In this document: one piece after another, positions 1 through 14,130 of the stretch | How positions within the stretch are numbered: the first letter of the stretch is position 1 | Layout of the letters: every line of letters begins with the position of its first letter | Assembly (NCBI RefSeq): GCF_000150275.1 | Contig: NW_002060956.1 | Location: forward strand, 649,379-713,378 | Reading direction: 5' to 3' | Source: Trichoplax adhaerens | Taxonomy: Eukaryota > Animalia > Placozoa | DNA: 64,000 nucleotides | The notes under the pieces: generated by a model | Database searches by the model: none | The model's input: the letters and a program-made list of their open reading frames with translations, nothing else | Told to the model about the DNA's origin: nothing | Made by a program: the position numbers and the translations under genes

Positions 1-1215
1 CCCAATACCGACGGTAATTACTAGCGAAAACACTCATTCGTGTTTGTCGACGTTGATAGGCGACAACACCTTTCGTTGCCTAACGTTGAAGAAGAAATCA
101 ACTGTTGAACGTTCAATTAGTTAATACCCAAAGTGAATCTTTGCCCTTTTCAGTCGATGTGGTTGTACTCTACTGTTGTACATACTGCAAATAAGATTGG
201 TCAAGCGAGAGAGTAGACTGTCAACAGCATAAAACCAAGGCGATTACAGTACAAGACTCGTCTAATAAGTAGAATTACAATCATTATAACTGGACACACA
301 TCTCTAAATGTGTCCTTGTTCAGGAAAGAGTCCATTGAAGAAAATACACCACAATTTGTAAACAACATTATTGGTGAGTCATTGCTTGTTCTCTTCTTAA
401 CAAATTATCATGATATCATGCATGGCGATTCTGTGTATTAGTGTATATAGTTGTTTTGTATTACAACACTCTTCACTTTGTCAATCAATAGCCATGTAGA
501 ATATTTCATCTTCGGCCAACTTGATAGTCATGATAAGATGGACGACACGGGTTGACGTAAATCTACCAATTTCAATTGATTGACAACGACAGTACTATGG
601 GACAGCATGTAGAGCATACAGCATAGCTGGAGTCATATGTACATTAACTATCTAGACTCAATTAACTTTATACAGTACGTATGTCTACCACTTTATTTAT
701 TTATTCTGATTCATAGCAGCTGATGTGCAACGTCATGAATCTCCAGACCCTACTGTACATCAGTAAATCAATATAAATCAACCTAACGCGTATAACGACA
801 TTATACCTTGAACAAGTAGACGCTACTAGAACAACATTAAATCCATTGAAATACAATCGACACTCATTTCAAGCGTGCATGCATGCTTATATTCATAGTC
901 AACTTCAGTTGAACTTTTCCAACATTGAGCACGTGGTATGTCATGGACGACAAATGATTTCATTAATAAGCCTATCCGATCATCTTTGATAGCATTAGTT
1001 AGCTGCAGGGTGTAAAACTAAAACCATTCTTTTCGTCCATCTCCTGCTGGATCCACTTGATACTCCAGTGCTGGATTTTGACTTAGTACGATCAATCGAG
1101 CAAGTGTAATAATGCGTAGACCTGTGCAATGTCAATTTCAACGACACCAAATTGGCTGATCAACTTATTTCTATAATTTTTTTTGGTGATAGATCTTCCT
1201 TACTAACAGTCAAAA

Positions 1216-4200
1216 ATGTCTTCATTATGGCAAAACTCAGCCGCGGTTGCGGGTATTGGTGTAGCGGCGGTAGTTTCCGCAGTTTATCTCTCCAAACGTA
1301 GCGCCGCTCCAGAAATACCAGCCATTGATATCAATCATCAATCAGTGGAACTAGAGGTAAGTCATTTGTGCTGTACTGCACTGTACTCATTTCGTGTTCT
1401 GTATGAATCGAGTGGCTAGCTTAAGCTTACACAACTCCTTCTCATCGATGCTTTTACTGTCAAGTTCAATAAAATGACAGTTAATTAATGAAAGACAATG
1501 ATCAATGCTCTTATGAACTACTAAATTGGGCAGTTGAATCATACTATACTGGATGGACGATGATAATAATAATCTTATACAGCATTCTGTATAGGTACTA
1601 TTTACTTTTGTTTCGCAAGCTACATTTTTATTTCTAGTCTGATGATTTAGCAAGCAATGCATACTGTACGATGGTGCTGGACCTCTGTTTACTGTTGAAT
1701 TGTTCCATGTGTAAACTACGGTATCTCTCTCTCTCTCTCTCTCTCTCTATAAGTATACACTGCACTCAGTGCTTAATTGCCTACTACGCAGTGACTCACT
1801 GTCATCAGTTGTTAGTAACTTGACCAAATCTTAAAATGAACTATAGGCGAATGTTTGAATTCCTTTTCTTCTACAGTATTTATTAACTCGAGCAAAGTTG
1901 TCTACGTGCTTTCCGCGTCGTCGCGTAATATGTCAGCATTCTTACCGGGAGGAGGCCTGCCACGATGCACAGTTCTGGATAAGGGTGTTATTTATGTCTT
2001 CCTATATCTGTTAATACTATTTAATACATACACTTACACTCACAAATTACACCATCATCCTCAAGGTGATTCTACGTCGGTAATATTGGCATGAGCCAGA
2101 GTTAGAAATTATAGTGCGGGACTTGCCAATTTCTGTAAGCTAGTTAAGTATAAGTGGAGGATGATGATACTAAAAATGAGACTCTTTTAAGGTGAAATTT
2201 GAACAGCTTTTACCAAGGAAATGAAAAGCTATGAACAATTTTCCATACATATTCACATCACTGTAACAAAAAAAATAATAATGTAATCTATATTGACTGC
2301 AACTCTAACCACAGACTACTAGATATTAAGGTATGACATCAGAGAGGCTAAAGATGCCTGCGGGCCTCACTCAAGTTCAAAGCTCTGCTAGATATGTGCA
2401 TTTATTAATCTATGCCCTAGTTAGTTAGATAGCTATTAAAAGATGTAATGTGATATAATTTGATATTGATGGTATATTGTCCTTTAATTAGCATTAGCTG
2501 ATTATATTAATTATTATGATCATTATCACAGAAATGATTTAAAAATAAATAATAAAGTCATAAGATTAGACTTCTTTTTATCACGATTAATACTGTAGTG
2601 TTGTTGCATCTTACTATGGTTAAAAATTATACTTATAAATTTTACTATTTGAGTCTCCTGTTAATTCACAGTTGTGGCTTTTTTATTCCTAATACGCGTA
2701 TATAAATGTGTATATCTATAGGATGGTTCGCGTGTACATGCCGGATTAGAGGACCCTAACCAATTATTAGAGTACTTATATGAAGATTCTAAAACAGTTT
2801 TAGAGTGTCTTCACCGTGGAGCTCGTGTATCAAGTAAGATACTTACTAATTGCTACTCATCCTGATCAATGCTATGAAAATACAAACTCTTCGATTGAAG
2901 CGTTCGATTTCATAAGTATGTACTTATGGCGATTTCACATCGTTAAATGTTCCTATTCATTGCTAGACAACGGACCTTGCCTCGGTTATAGAGATGGGGA
3001 TGGACCTTATCAATGGATCCACTACAACGAGGTAAAGACTGTAAAAAGTTCATTTCGAGCTATGTGTATTGAAATTCGACTTTGGACATAATCCTATCTT
3101 AAAAATATACCCTTTTATCAATATAACGATAATATGTGTAGATATACCCATTTAGACTGCACCTAAAGGTGTACGCAGCCACATATTATATTCTTAACAT
3201 TAATTTATAATTTATGTAACATAGGTTATAGAAAAAGCAGAGGCAATCGGATCTGGTCTTGTATCTCTCGGTTCCAGTCCTGGAGAAGATACATTCGTTG
3301 CTATCTACTCACAGAATCGTCCTGAGGTTTGATTTGATGATTTAAATCATTTCATCTGACTTAATTGCCATTTAATGCTAAACAAATTTATTTTGTGATA
3401 TAATATCCGAAAAATATTGTGTATTTCTTACACTAGTGGATTATGTGCGAGCACGCGTGTTACTCTTATTCAATGGTGGTTGTTGCTTTATATGATACGC
3501 TTGGAAAAGATTCTTGTCGATATATCCTAGACCAAAGTGGGTTGATTGCTACAATTGAATATCATCTGTATGATGAAACAATAGTACAATAGTAATACTT
3601 AACTAGCACCGCAAGGTAATTATTTTATGTCCACAATCAATTTTAATTTCAGCTAAATGCACCACTGCTATTTGCGATAATAGCGAAAAAGTTAACAGTT
3701 TACTACTGCTGTGTGACGAGCTACCAAATTTGCGTAATATTATCAAGATAGATGATGTAACACCGGAAGAAAAAGCGCGGGCTAGTAAAATAAATGTCAA
3801 CCTTCTTCAACTATCTGAGTTAGAAGTATGCCCTCAGATTTCCTTTTAAACTTTGCTAGCGTTGTCTGCTTGTTTTAAAACTGTTTTATATTCTTTATTT
3901 TAATATTAAAAGGCTTTGGGTAGAAAAGACAAACATAAATTGCAGGTATTTGTTGGATAACTATTCTGTATTAATTTAATAACATCAATACTTTCAATAC
4001 TTATGTGTAATAGTTGTAATTTATTAAAACGGTACTCCATTTGTTAGCCTGCAACTCCAAACAGTCTCGCAACACTTTGTTATACCAGCGGGACTACAGG
4101 TGAGTTTCGTACTAGTTTACAGCATCAGAAGTTATCACATACGACAACTAACATGGGCATAAACTTGAATATTTATTTCTTTCTTATTAGGTGACCCGAA

Positions 4201-6531
4201 GGGAGCTATGTTAGATCATCGTAGTGTTGTAGCTAATTCCGCCGGACTTTACAGTCAAATGAAAGTTAGTGTTGCTACAGCTTCGGCAGTTATTGTATTG
4301 TGTAATATTAAACTTTGTTGTATTTGGCTTTTACCTTTACGTAGGATTCCGTACGTATCGAACCTAATGACACGCTTCTTTCATACTTGCCTCTTGCTCA
4401 TATGCTTGAAAGGGTTATTGAGGTATCCTGAAATCTTACGCATTTCCTGCTCTACTCCTCTATAAACACAATTACAATTACGATATTAACTGACATTTTT
4501 TATAGACATTAATGTATTGTGAAGGTAGTCAAGTAGCATTCTATCGTGGCGATGTAAAACTCTTAATGGATGATTTAAAATGTGCAAGGTCTGTAACCTA
4601 TTATTAAGTTCATTGCCATGGTTTATTCATACAGATAAATTAATCTTTTTAACTTGCCTAGGCCTACAGTTTTTCCTTGTGTACCACGATTATTAAATCG
4701 TATATATGACAAGGTGAGCTGCGATTGCTCTACTACTACGTAGCTATTGCGTTTTCGTTAACAAATCTATGAATTTAGGTTTTGGCTGGTGTCGCAGAAA
4801 GCTGGTTAAAAAAGTCTATATTTGATATGGCCTTAAAGTATAAAGAAAGAGAAGTACAAAAGTAGGCATTTAGAGTAAAATCGTCTGTCTAGTGTTTTTA
4901 CTGATTAAATTACGATTATATTTTGAAACCAACTGTTACAAATTTTCCGGTAATTGTGACCGCACTTTACTCATTCTTACCTAGAGGTATTATTCGTCAA
5001 AATAGCATATGGGACACTCTGATATTTAAGAAGGTTCAGGTAACAATCTGAACAAATACATTTAGTAATCATTAATATGTGCACAGTAGCTTTCTTACAT
5101 TACTTTTTGCATTTATAGAATCTCCTTGGTGGACGTGTGCGTTTATTGGTTTCCGGTGCTGCTCCATTATCGCCGAAAGTCTTGCTATTTTTACGAGCAG
5201 TTCTAGGTGTTCCAGTAAGTTCGTACACAATTTAAGTTACCATATGAAAATAGTTCAGAACTTAATTGCTATACGTCGGTATGGTAGTACTGAATCTGTA
5301 ACGTTAACCTATTGTAACTGGATTCCTGTCAGGTTCTGGAGGGATACGGACAAACGGAAGCAACAGCCGGTACAAATTTGAATGTTCTTGGAGATCCAAC
5401 AGTTGGTATGCAATACTTTATAAAATTTTATCTTGTTATCTAAGCAAAGTAATTAATCATTTATAACTTGATTTTAAAAAATTAATAGGCCATGTTGGAC
5501 CGCCTTCGATGTCAGTGAAAATTAAATTGATTGATGTACCGGAAATGGACTACTATATAAAAGATAACAAGGGCGAGGTAGGGCTATCGAATTTTAGCTC
5601 AATATCATATACTCTGTACTAAAATTTTAATTTTAAATTTGGATATTCAGATTTGTTTTAAAGGTCCAATATGCTTTCGTGGGTATTTCGGAAATGCGAA
5701 GAAGACAGCAGACACTATTGACAGTGATGGATGGATACATTCTGGAGATATTGGTGAATGGTTACCGGTTTGTATACGATTAATTTATTAATTTAAATTC
5801 CTGTGAAAGTATGTAATATATTATTTATCACTTCTAGAACGGTGCATTAAAAATAATTGATAGGATAAAGCACATCTTTAAATTATCGCAAGTATGAATT
5901 ATTTAGGAATCGCTAATACAAATATTAATAAATGAGACTATGTGTTACTAATACTTATTGTACACTTTTAGGGTGAATATGTAGCGCCAGAAAAGATTGA
6001 GAACGTCTACATTAGATGCCCTCTAGTTGCTCAAATCTTCGTATATGGTGATAGCTTGCAGGTAGGGTGAAAAGTCAAAATACGTTCACATGCAGCATTA
6101 CTCAGTTAAGGGTATTAAAATCTTGTGTTTATACTTTGTTTTAGTCTTATCTTGTAGGGATTATTATGCCAGATGAAGAATCTGCTTTTGCATGGGCATC
6201 GAAGCGTGGCCTTAAGAAGGATCTCCAAGAATTAAGTGTAAACGAGACATTCAAAGAGGCTGTTATGACAGATTTGAATCGTTTAGGAAAAGAAAATGGC
6301 TTAAAATCATTCGAACAGGCAAATAAAATACAGTTTAATCTTGGCCATACGTGCATTCAATAAAGTACTCATATTTTATATTCAATACTCATCTAGATTA
6401 AGAAAATTTCAATTCAAACTGAATTGTTCTCTGTGGAAAATGGTCTTCTCACGCCTACTTTTAAGGCAAAACGACCACAAATTAAGAAAGTATATGAAGC
6501 TGAATTGATGAAAATGTATAAGTCAGCTTAA
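1216..6531 (+). CDS. Long-chain fatty acid-CoA ligase (ACSL1/5/6 family), about 22 coding exons
   Basis: Exon 1216-1356 encodes an N-terminal hydrophobic anchor. Spliced motifs include [15 protein letters not shown]|[48 protein letters not shown]|[11 protein letters not shown] and [21 protein letters not shown] at 6529-6531. A probable 5'UTR intron spans 374-1192. Confidence 0.95.
1724..1748. repeat. (TC)n microsatellite in ACSL intron
   Basis: About 12 consecutive TC units are visible. Confidence 0.9.
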
Positions 6532-8676
6532 ATAAATTCAACTACTAGTTCTCACATTTAACCTTATGTACTTGAAAACTATAATCAACATTAATACATA
6601 AAATATAGTATTTCGTTTTTCCACGGCGTGAAAACATATTTTTCTAGTTGACATATTGCCGGATATATCTATACCATAATAATAATTCTTCTCCGTAGTT
6701 CATTGTTTTCATTAGTTATATCTTAGAAAATATTGCCAATATTTATCGCTGATTTTTCTGGTCTTTTATTAACTTTGGAACTGATTGAATTAAGAATCTT
6801 ACTTTTATGTTGATTTCGGTCTATATTATGGCGTTTCCAACTCTACTGTTAATTTATAAGTGTACTAACTGAGATTGATCGTGACCGCAGATGTTCTGTT
6901 ATCACTTAAATGTTTATCGTTAGTATTCTCCGAATTAATAGTATATTATGGTTATTATAATAATTTTATTGTTGTAATTATTTTTAAGGTAACTGGTATT
7001 TAGTTGATTTAAATATTTTGCATGTGCAAGTACCTCCTGCATGTGACATTTGACTTAAAACGCTTTTACCACTACCAGCTCATCGGCTATGACTGCATAT
7101 CGTGTCAGATATTCTATTTAGAATTTAATCGGTAATATATTGTGATCACTTTGACCTATATTGATTTTAATAAAAATAATTTATCATCGCTGTATAATAT
7201 TGTGGCAGTTCATATGTGTATCACAGGCGTGCGGCGTTGTAGTCCTTTAAACTAATAATGATAAAGATGTGGGACTTTTGATATACTGAACGATACTACT
7301 AATTCGTATACTACAGAAAGATATTCATATTTCGATACGGCATTATGTATACATTTATCTTCTATCTATCAACCATTTCAATTTAGTTTAAAATTATATC
7401 AAGTTATTTACATTAGTTAGTTAGTGTATTAGTGTCATGGTATGTAAGTGTCAAACAATGCAAGCGAGACTTGTCAGTATAGGTAATGTCGAATCTAGAC
7501 TAGGCAAATTCTATAGTTAATCGTGCATACTTGCGTTCTATTATTATCTTATTTAGTTTTAATTCATAATTCGATATAGAATTCTAGAATACACTGCTCG
7601 TCTTGACTGGGCTAGCGTCTTTAAGAAGCTCTCGCACTTTTACAAGCTTTCTTTGAATCTTATCAATTACACCTATTTATGAACATGTATTGAAAAGTAA
7701 TAATTAATAAAGTAATTGAAGTAATTATACTTAATCTCGATTGCGTGAATATTGCACAGTACTGTAGTTACTACAACTTACTTCCAATGTAATACGCAAG
7801 TTCTAAGATTTCAATGTGTGGGATGGGCTAGGATGGTGATAAACTATTCTTGTATTATTGTCAGGGCGCTCATACGTTATCTGTTTTAATCGCAAAATGT
7901 AAAATGAAAAGCATACTGTATACAAATGCTAGAGTAGTAGGGCAGGGATTATAACATGGTAGGCCTATGTCCTTCGTGTGCAGATTTCGACTGCTTTATT
8001 ATTATTACATAATAGTGATCCATTTACAACCTCATTAGACTGGAGTTGTTATCTAACTGCCGTATACGCTGTATTTGTTATTCAGTGATCTCATTTCTTA
8101 TCATTAGCCTATAAATATCCTTTTTATAATAATTACTCATAATACTACAGTAATGATAACAATATAGTGAAATATATTGGAGTTACTTGTAAACGATATA
8201 GCGATTGAAGAATATTAAACACTATAATCAGATATTATAGCTACATCTCGCACGAAATTGTGTAAATATGGATAAAAGTTGACAGTTTAATGTTAGCATA
8301 TCGTCATCATTGAATATAACAAAATCATCAGAGTAAACTGTCAAGGCAATGATAACTGACTGGTATACACATCATTGTGATTTACACAAAGTACAGGACA
8401 ATGTAATCACACCTTTCAGTTTACCATCGAATGAAAATTAAGTAGAATATAAAGCAGCATTTATGTCAATGTTACCCACTTTCATTCATCTTAGCAATGC
8501 AAAAAATACTTTATAAACTTTCTATCTTAAGTATTTTAGGATTAACTTCTAATAATATCTACTACTAGAGCAATATGAAGTTTGATTGCACAGTTGACAT
8601 AAACACGATAAATGATTAAATGTGATACAGGATATAGCTTTACATCCGATTTCGAATATATGAATATCATTTTACT

Positions 8677-11600
8677 TTACGATTCCGAGGCAACTTTGGC
8701 ACTTTCGGATGAAGTCAAGAATTGAGCAAGGTCGATGCTAGTAACTATTCCATATACAGATTGTCTTTCTGTAACTTCCTTAGAATCTAAGTTTTGATTA
8801 AATATGAAATTAGAACGAGTAATAAGGGATGACTCTTTATTAATTGTAGCCTATTGTATAAAAAATCTTGACCCGTATCCTTACAATGTTTTTGATTGTG
8901 GACAATCAAAGCAAAGTGATCACGCTCGAGAATGCGGGAAAGTTCTCCTAACGTTCTCTTTAGGGTAATCTAGATTGAATAATACATCTCTATTAACCTT
9001 AGTACGAAAACAGTCATAGCACCTGATGTCATTACTATAATAAATTAATTTTAACCATTTATACTCTATGCAAACTTTAATCTCGTGCTTCTACGTAAAT
9101 TACCGTATTAAATCTTTTGTATGCCATAACGGAAATTGGATCAGTATTATTAGCTCTTCCTGCCAGTAACCAGGCTACAATACTGCCAAGTGTTACAACG
9201 CCAACAGGGACACTATTACAATATAAAAATGAACAAATAAGTCGTTGAAGTACGGTGGCGTATAGATTAGATGTTTTCGAGCGAAGTAGACTGGTAACTA
9301 AAAGACAAGTTAACATGTTCTTTGTGTTATAATCATTTGATAATTACCCTGATTCATCAACGATAGGCAATTGGTTGAATAATTCTCTATTATTAAAATT
9401 TAAAGGCATTTTATAAGATTTTTTAATACAATGTAGATATTTGTGCGTATAAACTTGATACCAAGGTTGTATTGTAAAACAATTGAGAGATTCTATTTGA
9501 TTTTTACCTTTTCATGATTTCAACAACCTCACCAATGGTTACAGTAGGTGTAATAACTAAAGGGGTAGAGATATCGAGTCTGCTGACTGGTAAATTCCAC
9601 CACCTAGTTTTACATATATCATACGTAAAATTTAGCATCAGCGAAACCGGCGTTTAAAGAGTTATCCATAAAGACTATAAACAGAAAAATGAGGCTTTCC
9701 ATCTAACTCACCAATGTTTTAAACCAACAGCGACAGCCGGGTCTTCCATAAATCCGTTCTCTATCATCCAATCATCGTTAACGAATTTGGTCCTATGTTA
9801 TAGTATAAAAGAGGATATCACAGCTTAACTGCAGGGATTCTACCAACGCAATCTTAATCATTTATCCTAATTTATGAAAAATCGCTGAAACATAAACGAA
9901 CATGTAATTACGAATGGAGTCCGGGAGGATGACTACGCAAGTTTGATTTTCATTTAAGTCTTTGGCAGTCTGCAACGCTATCGAGAGAGCACTACCACTA
10001 GAACCGCCTAAGCATAGCCACATAAAGAGGTAAGAATACGCGTATACAGTAATTACTGAAAGACTTTAGAGATGAAATGTTATCTAGGGAGGGCATTGTA
10101 ATCGTACCACACAGTAAACCCTCCTCTCGAATGAGATATCTTGCATATTCGAATGAATCTTTGTCATTACACTTGTACCACTGATCCACAACATTTCGGT
10201 CTATAACTGTTGGAATGAAGTCGTATCCAATGCCTTCCACCTTGTGAATAATTATAAAATTATCAATTAGTCACATACTGAAACGCTTATTTTATATTTA
10301 CTACTAATAATTAAAATGTACATGATATCCTGAGGAATCAACGTTCAATTCTTTCGGTTGAGCAAGGATCGATCCTAATGGATCCACTCCGATAATCTTT
10401 TTTGTAAAAATGTGATAAGACATACAGCATTTTAAATTATGACGATTTATCCCGCCGTCAAGATATATCAAAGGTTACATTATACATATTCTTTAAAAGT
10501 TTCAAGTAATACCTTGACATTTTTAATCTTTTCCTTTAATTTCCGACCGATACCGCTAACAGTTCCACCAGTTCCGGCCCCAGCAACCAAAACATCAATT
10601 TTACCTATTAAGATGTAAATCATGAGTGAAATTAAAACAAATAGGGCAGCTAGAATACATAATTGTGTGATTGCATAATATCATAAATCATTAAAAATTA
10701 TTAATTTTTTGCACTTACTATCGCATTGATACAATAGTTCTTCGGCAGTAGTATCGTAGTGTGCCAATGGATTGCCGGCATTGACGTACTATGCAATAAA
10801 ACGTGATAATTTTGAATAGTGTCAATAATATTAGCGTTCGTTGTTAAAAAGATTATCTAGTTATCAAACGTATTTTACGGTGAAGCTGCGGACTAACACT
10901 ATAAATCTGCCAACCTGATTTAAAATTATAGCATTTTTAGTTTCTTTCTGTAATCTTTCAGCGACCGCAATATGCGATTCTAAATTGAGATTAATATATA
11001 TACAATAATGTATTAGGATAGTTGATGGGCCGAATAGAAAACTTTTTTCTCAAAATTTACAACATCGACATTATACTCGGTATAAGGAATTCATTTTTAA
11101 GGTGAAAAGTCGCTGATACTTTAACTTATGAGAAATGTATCATCTTGAAAACTACTGTAATCAATTATTATGATGGTATGCTTTTTAATTAATACTAAAC
11201 CTGGCGAATCGAAGCTAGCATTAGTTGGAGTTCGGACGATTTCAGCTCCTAAAGCCCTTAGCGTCAAAACCTAGTAGTATAACAGATCAACTATTTATAA
11301 CATGATTGATTACGGATTGCATCTGTAAACAATACGAATAGGAAATTTCTTTTCCATGACGCATACATTGATTATAATTAACCTTTTCTGCGCTCATTTT
11401 TTCTGGCATAACAATAATACATCGGTAGCCTTTAACCGCCGCAACGAGGGCTAAACCAATGCCTTAAATCATTTAGGAAATTGTATGATATTTTAATTGT
11501 GTTACCCCTACTACTGTATACTGTAATAACGCCATTATTGGCTGAAATAAACTTAATACAACTAGTGTGAAATGAATTAATAAACCATGTGATGTTACCA

Positions 11601-13588
11601 GTATTTCCCGAAGTTGGCTCGATCAATGTATACCCTGGTTTAATTTTTCCTTCTCTTTCTGCTTCTTCTACCATACGCAAAGCAATGCGATCCTTGACAG
11701 AACCGCCAGCATTCATAAATTCGCACTTTGCCACTAGAAAACAAAGAGGCATACATGCATCAAGATTTTATATATAAAATATACATTAACATGAGCGTCA
11801 TGCAAACGAGTTGTATCCGATAGTTGCTACCAGAGGTGAACTACTCGATTTACCTACAGTAGTTTAAGGCGCAGTATTTTAATCAGGTCAAAAGAGTAGG
11901 TAATATGCAACGATAGCGTCAACATTCTATAAAATATTGTATACTTACATAGTCTACATTTTAAGCCAAATTTCTTTTCAATTTTATTTAATCGAACAAC
12001 AGGTGTAAAGCCTATGTTATCCAATGCTGTTTGTCTGACTTTGTCATTGATTTTCCTATAAAGTAAAATAGCAAACGCCGATGAGCAAAATTTTCATTTA
12101 ATCCTGTGCTCAGTATCGTCTAGTATAATCGCTAAACTGGATTCCATACAGTAGTTAATTTGAGATGCTATAAGAGCACAAGAGACACGTTGATTGAGAA
12201 ATTTTTGAATCATAGGCTCCTACTATCGCTCCACTATTATCGAAGATGGTAGGATTACGATGGATATGCAGCTGCATTTACTGTATGTGATCAACTTGAC
12301 TATAGACTGTGAGTATTGATGTTCTTGTTATGCAGTCCATGGTCAATTGTGGCAGATCGATCAGAGTTTACGAGTAGTTGTATGAATAAAATCTTAACAC
12401 GTAATGTGAGATAGTAACAATATCGGATGTATTTTACCTAATTTGGTTGATTGACCATTTCTTACTTAGCGAAGAAATTGCTTTAAGAGTAGAGAATAAC
12501 AAGAGTTGTAGGTCTTAAGGGGACAGCACTCATGCCTTACTAAGTACAGTAGTGTAGAGTAACGACCACAAAAGTTTAGAAAAGGAGTAGCAGTAACAAA
12601 TGTAAAAGTGTTTGAACGTTAAGCAAATGCTTCTTCTTCAGGTATTTTCCAACATGTTGAAAGGAGTTTATTTTCCAGCTCCATCGTCAAGTCGTTGATG
12701 TATCTATTGGTGTGCGTTCTTGTGCTCAAGTTAGCGTAGGCCCCGGGCGGAATGATTGGTGCTAATGTTCTTCTCTGCTGTGTAGTACCTTGCTCCCAGT
12801 ACTGTATAGCAATAGGTTCGGTGGACTGTTGTTGTAGCAAAAGCATTGCTACTGTCTAGTCCAACTCAGCAATTGGTTAATGTACGCTTTTAATGTATTG
12901 AAACTATCAGTGGTAACAAGGTCAATATGTTCAACTACTAAGAGAAGAGAAAAGAAAAGAAAGTAGACTAAGAGTTGAAATTGAACTTTTGTAGGAGAAA
13001 TAAGACAGTAAGATACTGCAGTCAAAGGGTGAGTGAGTATGGTATGCAAGATGGCAAAGCAATCCAGTAACAGACTGTTTGTTTAACCTGTACACAGTAT
13101 GCGGTCTTGGCAAGCTGTGCTTGGATTTGATAGATATATTTGTACTAAAATAAGTTAGTGAACATCGTCCATGATGATCATCTTTCTCTTTTCTACTATT
13201 CAAGAAAGTAAGAGAAGATGCTTCAATGTATGTTTCAGTTCACGGTAGCGAGCACCAACAAGATTGAAGATCGAAAGGGGGGGAAAAAAATGAGAAAATT
13301 TTCGATTGTCTTTCGTCTCACTTGATGATGAGGCTGTATAATTTGAAACGACTTGTTCAGTATGACATAGTCAAGTGGATTGGCCATAGTTTTACGCCAT
13401 GTTGAATAATGTACTCGTCATCAAGACTAGAAATAGAGCATGATTGATGTCAAGGCGAGTATCCAACCTTACCGAACTTGATGATGATGCGGCGAATTGG
13501 CAGTCGTGTCTAACGCCCAAGTACATTTAGAAGGTCGATCAGGCCTATCTCGTAATCCACTTTGACTTTCAGAAGTAGCATCCGACAT
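8677..13588 (-). CDS. CBS: Cystathionine beta-synthase, about 17 exons, with heme-binding N-terminus and CBS domains
   Basis: Exon 1 (13588-13473) encodes [39 protein letters not shown], the Cys/His heme-ligand motif. Later exons give [15 protein letters not shown] (PLP lysine), [25 protein letters not shown] and [12 protein letters not shown]. The protein ends ...[22 protein letters not shown] with the stop at 8679-8677. Confidence 0.95.
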
Positions 13589-13718
13589 AATTTTCAATTT
13601 TTTCTCACAAGATTGGCACAGTTGTCAAATATCCACAAGGGAATGGAAGTCAAAATCGCTTTCAATTGCTTGAACTTTCTGGACTTGAAATTGGATCGAC
13701 GGCAATGGACTCCAATCG

Positions 13719-14130
13719 GACTGAGTGACACACTAGTAGCGTGTCAACTGTAGTAGTGGGAATGACGCTCGTATGGAGAGTGAAGCGAGTAACGTAGACG
13801 ACACTGTCGAGTCGACTGCAACAACAGACTGAGTGACACACTAGTGGCGGTGTCAACTGTAGTAGTGGGAATGACGCTCGTATGGAGAGTGAAGCGAGTA
13901 ACGTAGACGACACTGTCGAGTCGAGTGCAACAACAGACTGAGTGACACACTAGTGGCGTGTCAACTGTAGTAGTGGGAATGACGCTCGTATGGAGAGTGA
14001 AGCGAGTAACGTAGAGTCGACTGCAACAAAGGACGAGTGACACAGTAGTGGCGTGTCAGCAGTAGTAGTGGGATGACGCCAGTAACGTACACGACACGAC
14101 ACTGTCGAGTCGACTGCAACAAAAGACGAT
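13719..14130. repeat. GC-rich tandem repeat, unit about 108 bp, about 3.8 copies, just upstream of CBS
   Basis: The unit GACTGAGTGACACACTAGT...GTCGACTGCAACAACA starts at 13719, 13827 and 13936, with a degenerate copy at 14032. Confidence 0.9.

Noticed and set aside
1930-1984. Possible alternative ACSL N-terminus [18 protein letters not shown] in intron 1
   Set aside because: The nearest GT donor is phase 1, but the next exon (2722) needs phase 0.
12619-12846. 75-aa ORF in CBS intron 1
   Set aside because: It ends in a stop before any usable donor and has no recognisable similarity.
13322-13387. Possible alternative CBS first exon [22 protein letters not shown] followed by GTGAGA
   Set aside because: The donor is phase 0 while exon 2 needs phase 2, and the phase-compatible frame contains a TGA.
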